Under the pieces are notes generated by a model. The model was not told the origin of the DNA, did no database searches, and saw only the letters and a list, made by a program, of their open reading frames with translations. A stretch of DNA of 58,587 nt from Bacillota bacterium (GTDB lineage: Bacteria; Bacillota; Limnochordia; DTU087). Below, one piece after another: positions 8,861-18,582 of the stretch. Made by a program: the position numbers and the translations under genes. The first letter of the stretch is position 1; the number at the start of each line of letters is the position of its first letter. Location of the stretch: positions 1-58,587 of the forward strand of contig JAAZLW010000066.1 of the NCBI GenBank assembly GCA_012799135.1, read 5' to 3'.

Positions 8861-10369
8861 TCAAGCAGTTTCTCTTCTCTGTGTTGCCGCTAATCGCATG
8901 ATATTATCCTCGGTAATGTCACTCCCGATAAGCTCACCGGTTAGTAGCCCTTCATTCATGACTACTACTCGGTCACACATGCCGATGATCTCCGGCAATT
9001 CGGAGGAGATCAGCACAACACCTACTCCGCGGTTAGCAAGCTGTCGCATGAGATAGTGAATTTCAGTCTTGGCTCCCACATCAATGCCCCGGGTGGGTTC
9101 ATCCATGAAGAGCACCATAGGGTCGATGGCCAGCCATTTAGCCACCATGACCTTCTGCTGGTTGCCTCCACTTAGATTTACGACTTTCTGCATAAGACTA
9201 GATGCTTTGATCCGGAGCATATTCACAGATTGCTTGGCGAGATCTCTTTCTTTCTGTCGGTGGATGAGCTTGTTTTCGGTAATGCTTTCCAGTGACGTGA
9301 CCGAGACATTTGGTTGGATGGCCATATTGAGGAAGAGCCCTTCCTCCTTACGATCTTCAGTAAGGTAGGCGATTCTGGCTTGAATGGCATCATGAAAGCT
9401 TTCGAACTGTACCGCCTTCCGGTCGAGATGGATGTGTCCCATATCGTAACCATCGATACCACACACCGCTCGGGCAACTTCTGATCGACCGGCGCCCACT
9501 AGACCGGCGAAGCCCAAGATCTCGCCTTTTCTGACCGCAAACGTGACATTCCGGAAAGTATTACCTCTGGTCAAACCCTCAACCCGTATAATCTCTTCTT
9601 GCCCTTGACCGATCTTCTCTGGATAGAAGGTGCTAATGCTGCGTCCCACCATGTTACGAATTACCTCATCCTCAGTTGTGTCTTGTACCGCTAAGGTCTT
9701 CACATAGCGACCGTCCCTCAGAATGGTGATCCGGTCACAGACTGTAAAGACCTCCTTAAGGCGATGGCTGATATAAAGGACGCTGATCCCCCTTTGCTTC
9801 AGGTCTTTGATAATCCTAAAGAGGTTTTCGGTCTCCAGTTCTGTTAGGGAGGAGGTTGGCTCATCGAGAATCAGGAGGCGGCAATCTAAGGATAGGGCCT
9901 TGATGATCTCTACAACCTGCTGATTGGCGATACTCAAATCTTGCACCTTGGTTATGGGATCTAGTTGTGTGGCAAATCTCCCCAGTAGTTTACCGGTCTC
10001 CTCCCGAGCTTGCTTAAAGCTAGCCAAGACTGACATGCTGCGGGGCATTCGCCCCAAAAATACGTTTTCAGCTACAGATAAGTGAGGGCAAAGAGCGGTT
10101 TCTTGGTGGACAAAGCCAATCCCCTGTTCCTGAGCCTTTCGGGGACTAGTGGGAGCATATCTCATGCCATCAAAATACATTTCTCCACCATCGGGTTGGT
10201 GCACGCCGGAAACGATATTCACTAAGGTTGATTTCCCAGCTCCGTTTTCGCCAACTAAAGCATGGACCTCTCCGGGGGTCACATTTAGGCTGACCTTGTC
10301 GAGGGCTTTTACTCCGGGAAATATCTTCGTAATGTCCACCATGGATAGCAGCACCTCTCCAAGCACCAT
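8861..10369 (-). CDS. Monosaccharide ABC transporter ATP-binding protein (RbsA/MglA-like, two NBDs)
   Basis: Walker A GENGAGKST, LILDEPT, LSGGNQQK, DEPTRGIDVGAK. Confidence 0.95.
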   Translation of the reverse strand: MVLGEVLLSMVDITKIFPGVKALDKVSLNVTPGEVHALVGENGAGKSTLVNIVSGVHQPDGGEMYFDGMRYAPTSPRKAQEQGIGFVHQETALCPHLSVAENVFLGRMPRSMSVLASFKQAREETGKLLGRFATQLDPITKVQDLSIANQQVVEIIKALSLDCRLLILDEPTSSLTELETENLFRIIKDLKQRGISVLYISHRLKEVFTVCDRITILRDGRYVKTLAVQDTTEDEVIRNMVGRSISTFYPEKIGQGQEEIIRVEGLTRGNTFRNVTFAVRKGEILGFAGLVGAGRSEVARAVCGIDGYDMGHIHLDRKAVQFESFHDAIQARIAYLTEDRKEEGLFLNMAIQPNVSVTSLESITENKLIHRQKERDLAKQSVNMLRIKASSLMQKVVNLSGGNQQKVMVAKWLAIDPMVLFMDEPTRGIDVGAKTEIHYLMRQLANRGVGVVLISSELPEIIGMCDRVVVMNEGLLTGELIGSDITEDNIMRLAATQRRETA

Positions 10370-10405
10370 GACCCCTCCTAACGCATAGTACGTACTATTC
10401 ATATA

Positions 10406-10430
10406 ATTCAGGCGAAAAGCGAGAACTCCT
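10406..10430 (-). promoter_or_regulatory. sigma-H-like promoter for the CUT2 ABC operon
   Basis: Minus strand gcAGGAgtt...GAAT with 17 nt between AGGA and GAAT. Confidence 0.55.
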
Positions 10431-10564
10431 GCTTGAGTGAAAAAAGAGTGACGATTATCAGGGTTAACTCAATGGTGTCCTTGGGGATATATAGCGCATC
10501 GAATGGCGGGAAGACTAACCTAGAAGGGGTTCCTATGGGGCGGAGGGAGATTTGCCTGAAAAAG

Positions 10565-10590
10565 AGGAATCAGAGTATGGTGCAAAGAAC
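10565..10590 (+). promoter_or_regulatory. sigma-H-like promoter for the cofE-like gene
   Basis: AGGA-N18-GAAC. Confidence 0.45.
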
Positions 10591-10633
10591 ATAGAACTTC
10601 GGGTTAGGCTCATGGGAAACTGGAGGTATGGTT

Positions 10634-11812
10634 ATGAAGACATTGCCTGCGTATATAGGTTCTGCTGCCTTTGGCTTGAAAATGGGTGTCTTTCTGCCGG
10701 GATGTGATCTGATTGGAGAAGTGTCTCGGCGGGCTGAGGAGCTTTATAGAGATGGGCTCCTAGACGATGGCGATGTCATCTGCATTACTGAATCGGTAGT
10801 TGCCCGGGTGCAAAACAACATTGTCACCACTGATCAGGTAGCAGAGGAAGTTAAAGACAAACTAAATCTCCAACCAACATCTACCTTAGGTGTGGTCTTT
10901 CCGATTGCGAGTCGCAATCGCTTCAGTGTAGTACTAGAGGGTTTGGCCAAGGCCGTTCCTGAAGGTCGGGTGGTAGTGCAGTTTTCCCATCCCGAAGATG
11001 AGGTGGGTAATCAGGTGATAGATCCTGCCTATGTAGAAACTCATGGTGGGGCTGGTGCTGTGCTGCGGCATAGAGATATACCTGGGGATTTGCTCTTGCA
11101 TCCGGTGACCAAGCTCGATTACGGTTCCTATTATGCTGATGCAATCCGCAGACAGGGGGCAACACCGGTGATTTTCTATGCCAACGATCCACAGGCGATC
11201 TTGGCGGAACAGCCGGATGGGATTATGGCTGCAGATATTCGCACCCGAGAACAGACCAAGGCCCGACTGCAACAGGTTTTCGCCAACTGCATTACATTGC
11301 AGGACATCTGCAACGATGGCGATATTGCTAGTTCGTGGGGGCTCTTGGGCAGCAATATGTCCAGTGAAGGTAAGCTGAAACTTGCTCCCAAGGATGGTGA
11401 CGCGATAACCCAAGACATTCAGGCTGAGATTCTACGAAGAACCGGTCGCAATGTCGAAGTTATGATTTATGGTGATGGTGCCTATAAAGACCCGGAAACA
11501 GGCATCTATGAACTTGCTGACCCGGTAACGACCTTTGGATGCACACCTAGACTAAACAACTGTGTGCGAGGTGGAGTTAAGTACAAGATGCTGGCTGATC
11601 AACTCCATGCCGAGGGCAAGTCAGTTGAAGAGATTGAGGCAGCTATCAAGGATGCTAGAAACAACGATCTTGGAGCAGATCACATGGAGACCGAAGGCAC
11701 AACCCCCCGGAGAATGACCGATATTCTGGCTAGTCTGGCCGACTTAGTCAGTGGTTCATCTGATGCCGGTACACCGGTGGTCGTGGTCAAGAGTATTTAC
11801 CGCAGCAAATAG
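10634..11812 (+). CDS. Coenzyme F420-0:L-glutamate ligase (CofE)-like gamma-glutamyl ligase, Firmicutes type
   Basis: DGDVICITESVVAR, GDGAYKD and C-terminal LASLADLVSGSSDAGTPVVVVK resemble the CofE family. ATG 7 nt after GGAGG. Confidence 0.75.
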   Translation: MKTLPAYIGSAAFGLKMGVFLPGCDLIGEVSRRAEELYRDGLLDDGDVICITESVVARVQNNIVTTDQVAEEVKDKLNLQPTSTLGVVFPIASRNRFSVVLEGLAKAVPEGRVVVQFSHPEDEVGNQVIDPAYVETHGGAGAVLRHRDIPGDLLLHPVTKLDYGSYYADAIRRQGATPVIFYANDPQAILAEQPDGIMAADIRTREQTKARLQQVFANCITLQDICNDGDIASSWGLLGSNMSSEGKLKLAPKDGDAITQDIQAEILRRTGRNVEVMIYGDGAYKDPETGIYELADPVTTFGCTPRLNNCVRGGVKYKMLADQLHAEGKSVEEIEAAIKDARNNDLGADHMETEGTTPRRMTDILASLADLVSGSSDAGTPVVVVKSIYRSK

Positions 11813-11844
11813 CGAGTAAAAGCCGAAGTTTTGAAAGGATCTGG

Positions 11845-11871
11845 AAGCGGAGATCTCGGTCTCCGCTTTTT
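11845..11871 (+). terminator. Intrinsic terminator
   Basis: aagcggaga-tctcgg-tctccgctt followed by a T-tract. Confidence 0.8.
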
Positions 11872-11887
11872 GGCGTGTTTTGGGAGC

Positions 11888-11913
11888 AGGAACATGGTTT
11901 GACCGCGCAGAAT
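11888..11913 (+). promoter_or_regulatory. sigma-H-like promoter for the iclR operon
   Basis: gcAGGA-N18-GAAT. Confidence 0.55.
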
Positions 11914-11932
11914 ATACTCATATATAGGCAAG

Positions 11933-11953
11933 GCATTTCATTTATTGAAATGC
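11933..11953. promoter_or_regulatory. Palindromic operator, probably the IclR/KdgR-family autoregulatory site
   Basis: Perfect 8-5-8 inverted repeat GCATTTCA-tttat-TGAAATGC between the promoter and the iclR start. Confidence 0.65.
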
Positions 11954-12003
11954 GGTGCAGGTTGGCGGAAGTCTTTACCAGCGGAAAAGGAGTTTTGAGT
12001 CTT

Positions 12004-12795
12004 ATGAGTGGTGGAAAACCAGTGGTTAGCCAAACCGCAATGCGATGTCTTCAGGTGCTGCAGGTGGTTAGTGACCACGGGAGAAGCAATAGTCGCAAAG
12101 GCCTGGCCTTGAGAGATGTGGTGGAGAAGACCGGTTTTAACTCATCTACGGCCTATCGATATCTGCAGACTTTAGAGCAATACGGCTTGCTGCAAAGAGA
12201 TGTCGATGGCCTATATAGACTAGGTCTTAAGGTGGTTGAGCTTTATCATGCCTTTTCTGATGGCAATGATCTTCGTTCAGTGGCCTATCATTCGATGCTT
12301 GCCCTTTCTAAGGAAACCGAAGAGACAGTCTATCTGGGGATCCTCGATGGGCTGGAGGTCTTTTACCTGGAAAGGGTAGACAGTCCTTTGCCCATTAGAC
12401 CCCATACCCAGATCGGAGGTAGAAACAAGCTCTATTGTACAGCATTGGGTAAGGCTATTTTGAGCCAGAAAGAGGACTTGCTGGCCCACATCCTGGGTAT
12501 GGGTCTGGACCCAATGACGGCCAATACGATCACTAATCCAAAGAACTTAATCAGTGATCTACAGCAGTGTCGGGAGCGGGGATTTGCCCTTGATGATATG
12601 GAAAACGAGTCAGAGGTAAGGTGTGTGGCTGCCCCGATCTTTGACCAGAGTGGCGAGGTGATAGCTGCTCTAAGCATTTCGGGACCGGTTTCCCGCATGT
12701 CCCTGGAACGATTGATTCAAGAGCTAGGCCCGAAGGTAAAGGAAGCAGCGGATCAGGTCTCCAGCATGCTGGGATACATAAAGAGACGAGTATGA
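12004..12795 (+). CDS. IclR family transcriptional regulator (KdgR-like)
   Basis: N-terminal wHTH (STAYRYLQTL...YRLG), CTALGKA, GFALDDME, CVAAPI, LSISGP. Confidence 0.92.
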   Translation: MSGGKPVVSQTAMRCLQVLQVVSDHGRSNSRKGLALRDVVEKTGFNSSTAYRYLQTLEQYGLLQRDVDGLYRLGLKVVELYHAFSDGNDLRSVAYHSMLALSKETEETVYLGILDGLEVFYLERVDSPLPIRPHTQIGGRNKLYCTALGKAILSQKEDLLAHILGMGLDPMTANTITNPKNLISDLQQCRERGFALDDMENESEVRCVAAPIFDQSGEVIAALSISGPVSRMSLERLIQELGPKVKEAADQVSSMLGYIKRRV

Positions 12796-12825
12796 TAAAC
12801 CTAAATCTGAAGGGAGTCCTGTAAG

Positions 12826-13809
12826 ATGGAATATGATCTTATTGCTTTTGGGGAAACGCTGGTGCGTTTATCACCACCGGGTCCGGAGGTCATTGAGCAA
12901 GCTATGTCGCTAAGAATGTACCCTGCCGGCAGTGAGCTCAATGTGTCAGTTGCAGCTTGTCGGCTGGGGCTGAAGGTCTCATATGTTTCTAGATTGGCCA
13001 ACAACCCTCTGGGCTGGTGGATCACCAACAGATGCCGAGAACATGGTGTTGATGTCTCCTACGTAAAATATGCCGATGACAGACAGGGATTATATTTCTT
13101 TGAAAATGGTGTGCCGCCGCGACCAGGGGTGGCCTATTATGATCGGGCGGATTCTGCCTTCGCCAATGTCAGCCTAGGGGATTTTGATTGGGCGAGCATC
13201 GTATCGAAGACCAAAATCTTCTTGGTCAGTGGGATCAACCCCGCTTTGAGCCCTAGTGCTCACCAGGTAACTTTGGCGGCTGTAAAGCAGGCCGACGCAG
13301 CGGGAAAGCTGGTGGCCTTTGACCTTAACTACCGCAGCAAGCTTTGGGATATCCCCACAGCGAAGAGGGTGCTAAGTGAATATCTACCCTATGTGAGTAT
13401 CCTCTTTACCTCTGGTGGAGATGCCCGCGATGTGTTGGGCTTTACGGATCCTCCGGGCGAAGATTTGGCAGTAAAGATGAGGGAGAAGCTAGATATTCCC
13501 ACGGTGTGCCTGATATATGGACCTGGTGATGGTTCTGATGCTCTCTGGCGAGCTATTTGCGCCAGTCAAGGAGAGATCCATACAGCCGAGCAGGGGGGTG
13601 CCCTCATGACCGTAGATCGCTTAGGGGCGGGAGATGCCTTTGCTGGAGGATTTCTCACTGGTTTTCTAGAAGCCGGTCCTGAGCTAGGTGTCAAACTGGG
13701 CAACGCAGTGATGACTCTGAAGAATACCTACCTAGGTGATATCGCCTGGATGACCAGGGATGTGGTGGATGCCTACTTGGCCGGTGAAGGTGGTATGATC
13801 AAGAGATAG
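12826..13809 (+). CDS. PfkB family sugar kinase (2-keto-3-deoxygluconate kinase-like)
   Basis: FGETLVRL, AGSELNV, YDRADSA, FDLNYRSKLW, DRLGAGDAFAGG. Confidence 0.88.
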   Translation: MEYDLIAFGETLVRLSPPGPEVIEQAMSLRMYPAGSELNVSVAACRLGLKVSYVSRLANNPLGWWITNRCREHGVDVSYVKYADDRQGLYFFENGVPPRPGVAYYDRADSAFANVSLGDFDWASIVSKTKIFLVSGINPALSPSAHQVTLAAVKQADAAGKLVAFDLNYRSKLWDIPTAKRVLSEYLPYVSILFTSGGDARDVLGFTDPPGEDLAVKMREKLDIPTVCLIYGPGDGSDALWRAICASQGEIHTAEQGGALMTVDRLGAGDAFAGGFLTGFLEAGPELGVKLGNAVMTLKNTYLGDIAWMTRDVVDAYLAGEGGMIKR

Positions 13810-13857
13810 AGACTCGAGTAGCTTGGGCAGGGATAAGCAAACACGGAAGGTGGAGCC

Positions 13858-15576
13858 ATGTATATTGCCGGTATAGACGTTGGCGGTACCAACACTGATG
13901 CCGCCTTGATCAAGGATGATGTGGTAGTGGCCACCGGTAAGGTGCCTACCGACCACGCGAATCTGGTGGAAAGCACGGCCGCAGCCCTAGAGGCTATTCT
14001 CAGTTCCTACGAAGGTTCTGCACCACTGGAGCTGCACCTTAGTACCACGCTATCCACCAATACCATTGTAGAAGGAAAAGGAGATCCCACCACTGTACTG
14101 GCTGTACCGGGTCCGGGAATGCGTATCAAGGAGCTGGATCTAGGGTTCCCTGTCCATGTGCTCTCTGGGTCGGTAGATCATCGAGGGCGCGAAGTGGCGG
14201 AGACCGATCATGACGAGGTACAAAGCGCTTTAGCTGCTGCTCAAGGTGAGGATATGGCGGCTCTGGCAGTAGTCGGGAAGTTTTCACACCGCAATCCTGC
14301 CCATGAGCTCCAGATCGAGGCCATAGCCCAGAAGGTAACCCCAGGGTTTCGACATATAACCTTAGGTCATCGGCTTTCGGGGCGTCCTAACTTCCCTAGG
14401 CGTCTGGCTACGAGTTATCTGAATGCCGGTGTTGCCGGACAGCAGGCGCTATTTGTGGAAATGGTGAAGAGGTTGATGGTTCGGGGGAGAAACATCGGCA
14501 AAGTATTTCTGCTAAAAGCTGATGGTGGGACCATGACCCTTGATGATTCCCTAGCTCGGCCGGTGGAGACCATCTTGAGTGGCCCAGCGGCAAGCCTGAT
14601 GGGGGCTCAAGCACTGACTGATTATCCTGAGGGTAATGGGGTAATTGTGGATATTGGGGGAACTACCACCGATATCTCCGTACAGGTAGCCGGTGAACCG
14701 GTTTTTCAACGACAAGGGGCAGAGATCGCAGGTCATAAGACTCTGGTGCCGGCATTGTTCGCCCGTTCCATCGGATTGGGTGGCGACTCGGAGATAAAGG
14801 TAATCTCCCAGCAGGAGGCGGGACAAGACGGCCCCAAGTTACAGATCGGGCCCAGACGAGCTGGTACTCCCGCGGCTTTAGGTGGAAGTAAAGTAACCCC
14901 TACCGACGCGGCGGTGGTATTGGAATTGGCCCGGATCGGTGATGCCGACAGGGCAAAAAGAGCAGTAAGAAGCCTTGGAGAAGCTCTGGGATTGGAGACT
15001 AAAAAGGCCGCTCAAGCGGTCATAGAGAGGTTTACGGATCAGCTGGTAGATGAAATCGAGGCTACTTATGCCTATCTAGAGTCTCGACCGGTTTACACCA
15101 TTTCTGAGTTATTGGCCCCACCGGATATTCGGCCTACGGTACTGATCGGCTTAGGGGGGCCGGCGGAGGTGTTTATACCCTTGGCAGCCAAGGCCATGGA
15201 TGTAGATTGGGAGGTATTGCCATGCCACCAAGAGGCCAATGCCATTGGAGCTGCGGCGAGCCGCCCCACGGCCGCGATTACTTTTCATGCTGATACTGCT
15301 TTAGGTACAGTCACAGTACCGGAGATGGATTATATGGGTAAGATCAAGAGAGCTTTGCTTTTTGATCTCAGGGAGGCACGGGCGGAAGCCACTCAGTGGG
15401 CAGCAAAAAAAGGTGAACAGCTTGGTATTACCAGCCTGGATGATATCGGTATCATCGAGGAAGAGAGCTTCAGCATGGTGCGGGGTTTTCGTACAGTCGG
15501 CCGTATTTTTACCATCAGGGCTCAGGTGCGACCACAGGTGCGGCGGATAGCCGGTGCGGGAAGGGGGAGGAATTAG
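13858..15576 (+). CDS. Hydantoinase/oxoprolinase A-type (HyuA-like) ATP-binding protein
   Basis: GIDVGGTNTD, ETILSGPAAS, VDIGGTTTD, SIGLGGDS, TPTDA, ANAIGAA. Confidence 0.88.
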   Translation: MYIAGIDVGGTNTDAALIKDDVVVATGKVPTDHANLVESTAAALEAILSSYEGSAPLELHLSTTLSTNTIVEGKGDPTTVLAVPGPGMRIKELDLGFPVHVLSGSVDHRGREVAETDHDEVQSALAAAQGEDMAALAVVGKFSHRNPAHELQIEAIAQKVTPGFRHITLGHRLSGRPNFPRRLATSYLNAGVAGQQALFVEMVKRLMVRGRNIGKVFLLKADGGTMTLDDSLARPVETILSGPAASLMGAQALTDYPEGNGVIVDIGGTTTDISVQVAGEPVFQRQGAEIAGHKTLVPALFARSIGLGGDSEIKVISQQEAGQDGPKLQIGPRRAGTPAALGGSKVTPTDAAVVLELARIGDADRAKRAVRSLGEALGLETKKAAQAVIERFTDQLVDEIEATYAYLESRPVYTISELLAPPDIRPTVLIGLGGPAEVFIPLAAKAMDVDWEVLPCHQEANAIGAAASRPTAAITFHADTALGTVTVPEMDYMGKIKRALLFDLREARAEATQWAAKKGEQLGITSLDDIGIIEEESFSMVRGFRTVGRIFTIRAQVRPQVRRIAGAGRGRN

Positions 15577-16920
15577 ATGCGAGGCAGTAAGCATAAAGTA
15601 GGGCTGATCTTCTTCCCAGCCTTTGACTGGGCCATATCACCTGACCATCCCGAAAGGGAGGAACGCTTGCTTTATACCCGTGATCAGATAATGGAAGAGG
15701 GGTTACTTGACGTACCGGGGATCGAAGAATTTCGCCCGACAGTTGCCAGCGATCTGGAAATCAACCGTTCTCATATCTGTGTTCCCTCGACTGCCAATAT
15801 CATTACCGAGTCCCACAGAATTGCCGCTGGGGGGAGTATAACAGCGGCTGACCTGGTGTTTACCAAGAGAGTCCATCGGTCTTTTGCCTTGCTGAGGCCC
15901 CCGGGGCACCATGCTAACCGAGTAGTACATGGATCTCGGGGATTTTGCACCATTAACAATGAAGCCATCATGGTGGAGCATATTCGTCATACCTATGGTC
16001 CGGATCTGCGCATAGCCATCGTGGATACCGATGCTCACCATGCCGATGGTTCGCAAGATATTTTCTACAATGACCCGGGAGTCTTGCATATTTCTCTACA
16101 TCAAGACGGCCGTACCCTATACCCTGGCACTGGTTTCACTAATGAACGGGGAGGTCCTGCAGCCTATGGACAGACCGTTAATGTGCCGTTACCACCAGGC
16201 ACCGGGGATGAGGGGCTCTTGTATGCAGTAGAGAATCTGGTATTACCGATCTTGGATGAGTTTCAGCCGGATGTAATTATCAATGCTGCCGGTCAGGACA
16301 ACCATTATACTGACCCCTTGACCAATATGAATGTAACGGCTCAGGGGTATGCCAAGTTGACGGAGCTTTTGGCCCCAGACATCGTTGTTTTGGAGGGCGG
16401 GTATTCGATCGAAGGAGCATTGCCTTATGTCAATGCAGGGCTGCTTCTGGCCTTGGCGGGACTAGACTATAGTGCTGCTCGGGAGCCGGACTGGTCAGCA
16501 GATAAGGTAAGACAATCACCACGAGTTACAGAGGCGATCAAGGCCATTGTCGGAGAACTACAAGAGATGTGGTCTACCCGCAAGGATGTTGATTTAGCAG
16601 ATATCTTTGGCAGTGGCCCGATTTTCAAGAGACATCGCCGCATCTACTATGATACCGATAATATTATGGAGGAACAGGTGGAGCGGATCAGATTATGTCC
16701 TAGCTGCAGTGGTTGGCGCTCGATTTACTCCGGTGCTGCCCGAGGGCTAGGTGGCGGCTTGGGGCGCACTACGATGATCGCTGCAATTCTGATTCCTTGG
16801 CATGCCTGTAGCCAGTGTCGGAGGGAAGCGGCAGATGAGCTGCAAGCAGCCATAGACAGTGGCAGGTTCCGCTATGTATATTTACAAGATGTGAAAAGGG
16901 ACATCTATAGGCGTGCTTGA
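15577..16920 (+). CDS. Histone deacetylase (HDAC/AcuC/APAH) family Zn-dependent deacylase with Cys-rich C-terminus
   Basis: HPE, RPPGHHA, GFC, DTDAHHADG, SLHQ, YPGTG, GQDNH, LEGGY. C-terminal CPSC...CSQC. Confidence 0.9.
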   Translation: MRGSKHKVGLIFFPAFDWAISPDHPEREERLLYTRDQIMEEGLLDVPGIEEFRPTVASDLEINRSHICVPSTANIITESHRIAAGGSITAADLVFTKRVHRSFALLRPPGHHANRVVHGSRGFCTINNEAIMVEHIRHTYGPDLRIAIVDTDAHHADGSQDIFYNDPGVLHISLHQDGRTLYPGTGFTNERGGPAAYGQTVNVPLPPGTGDEGLLYAVENLVLPILDEFQPDVIINAAGQDNHYTDPLTNMNVTAQGYAKLTELLAPDIVVLEGGYSIEGALPYVNAGLLLALAGLDYSAAREPDWSADKVRQSPRVTEAIKAIVGELQEMWSTRKDVDLADIFGSGPIFKRHRRIYYDTDNIMEEQVERIRLCPSCSGWRSIYSGAARGLGGGLGRTTMIAAILIPWHACSQCRREAADELQAAIDSGRFRYVYLQDVKRDIYRRA

Positions 16921-17047
16921 AGGATCAGAACTCTAGTATGGGGAAGATACCGAATGTGCTAAGTCCGGCACCATGATCCGGCAGTGTAACCAATTTGGGT
17001 AGCCTTAGGGTATGATTAGGATGCCCATAGCTAGGGAGGGATGCTGT

Positions 17048-18241
17048 ATGGCCTACGATTTTGATCTGGTAATGGAACGACGGGGCACAAGCTGTGTGAA
17101 ATGGGATGGTTTGATAGATAGGTATGGAGCAAAGGATCTACTGCCCTTCTGGGTGGCTGATATGGATTTTGCAGTAGCAGAGCCAATCCAAAAAGCGATC
17201 ATTGAACGCGTACAGCATCCCATCTATGGTTACACTCAAGTCGCCCCTTCGGTATTTGAGGCGATAATCAGTTGGCTGGAGAGGCGACATGGCTGGCATG
17301 TGCAGCCGGAATGGATCGACTTTACCACCGGGGTAGTTAATGCCCTAAATCTCATTATCTATACTTATACATTGCCGGGTGATAAGATCCTGGTACAGCC
17401 ACCGGTGTATGCGCCCTTTTTTAATGCGGTGCTCAATAATGGTCGCCAGGTGGTGTATAATCCCCTAGTTCGGACCGACAACAGTTACATCATGGATCTA
17501 GATGATCTGGAAAGCAAGATCGATGCCCGCACTAGGATGCTCATTTTGTGTAATCCCCATAACCCGGTGGGTAGGGTTTGGAGCAGACCAGAATTGCAGC
17601 GGCTAGCAGAGATTTGCCTAAGACACGATCTGCTCATGGTTTCCGATGAAATCCACTCTGATTTCATCTATGCAGGACACAAACACGTACCTCTGGCATC
17701 TCTCTCCTCCGAAATTGCCGAGAACACCATTACCTGTATGGCTCCCAGCAAAACCTTTAACTTAGCCGGTTTAGCTACTTCTTTTGTGGTGATCTCAAAC
17801 AGGCGATTACGAAAGCTTTTCTGCAACACACTGCAGAATGTGGGAGTAAATAATGCCCTCTTAGGGGTTACTGCCCTGGAAGCCGCTTATCGCTATGGGG
17901 AAGACTGGCTGGAAGAGCTTTTGGTTTACCTAAAAGGGAATCGGGATTTCATGCAGGAATTTCTGGAACGGCAAGTTCCCGGGATTGAGATGAGAGAACC
18001 AGAGGGCACGCATCTTGCTTGGCTCGATTGCCGGGGATTGGCAGTGGAAGAGAATAGCCTACAGGATTTCTTTATCAAGAACGCCAGAATCGTAGTCAAT
18101 GACGGCCAGTGGTTTGGCCCTAATGGCAAAGGGTTTATCAGATTCAACATTGGTTGCCCACGCCCCCTCCTACGTGAAGGTCTTTGCCGAATGGAGAGGG
18201 CGGTGAAGGAATCGTCAGAGGTCTCGACTGGGCGAGTCTAG
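17048..18241 (+). CDS. patB: MalY/PatB family PLP-dependent C-S lyase (cystathionine beta-lyase)
   Basis: KWD, WVADMDF, LCNPHNPVGRVW, SDEIH, PLP lysine in APSKTFNLAG. Confidence 0.9.
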   Translation: MAYDFDLVMERRGTSCVKWDGLIDRYGAKDLLPFWVADMDFAVAEPIQKAIIERVQHPIYGYTQVAPSVFEAIISWLERRHGWHVQPEWIDFTTGVVNALNLIIYTYTLPGDKILVQPPVYAPFFNAVLNNGRQVVYNPLVRTDNSYIMDLDDLESKIDARTRMLILCNPHNPVGRVWSRPELQRLAEICLRHDLLMVSDEIHSDFIYAGHKHVPLASLSSEIAENTITCMAPSKTFNLAGLATSFVVISNRRLRKLFCNTLQNVGVNNALLGVTALEAAYRYGEDWLEELLVYLKGNRDFMQEFLERQVPGIEMREPEGTHLAWLDCRGLAVEENSLQDFFIKNARIVVNDGQWFGPNGKGFIRFNIGCPRPLLREGLCRMERAVKESSEVSTGRV

Positions 18242-18298
18242 GATCTGAGGTGTGATCCATACATGGGCACGTATATAAGGCGGTACCTGGTTTTTGCC

Positions 18299-18326
18299 TT
18301 GACTTCGTGATGCTTTATGCTATGAT
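18299..18326 (+). promoter_or_regulatory. sigma-A promoter for the riboswitch-sulP-mrp operon
   Basis: TTGACT-N16-TATGAT with an extended -10 TG. A TATAAT follows at 18327-18332. Confidence 0.6.
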
Positions 18327-18363
18327 TATAATTGTGGCTTGCCTAAGCCCGAAAATGCACGTT

Positions 18364-18473
18364 ATCTCCGAATTCCGCATACGGAAACGGGGGACCCCTT
18401 AATTGGGGTGAATCCTGAATATCAGGTAGGGCAACTTGGGTGCCCGAACCCGTCAGCTAACCCCGTAGGAGTG
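18364..18473 (+). ncRNA. c-di-AMP riboswitch (ydaO/yuaA class)
   Basis: P1 ctcc/ggag, GAAT, hairpin ttccg/cggaa, ACGGGGGACC, GGGGTGAATC, cctga/tcagg, TAGGG...CCCGAACCCGTCAGCTAACCCCGTAGG: the ydaO consensus elements in the correct order. Confidence 0.92.
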
Positions 18474-18554
18474 GTCCAAGCGTTAGGTTTTAGCCCCGGT
18501 AGACTTTGCTAGGCTCTTTCTGATACTGGCAGCGTCTCAGCCGGACTACTTGGT

Positions 18555-18582
18555 ACCACTACTATAGACGGGGTGGTTTTTT
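18555..18582 (+). terminator. Putative riboswitch expression-platform hairpin (terminator and/or RBS sequester)
   Basis: accact/ggtggt stem covering the purine-rich RBS, then a T-run immediately before the sulP ATG. Confidence 0.45.
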
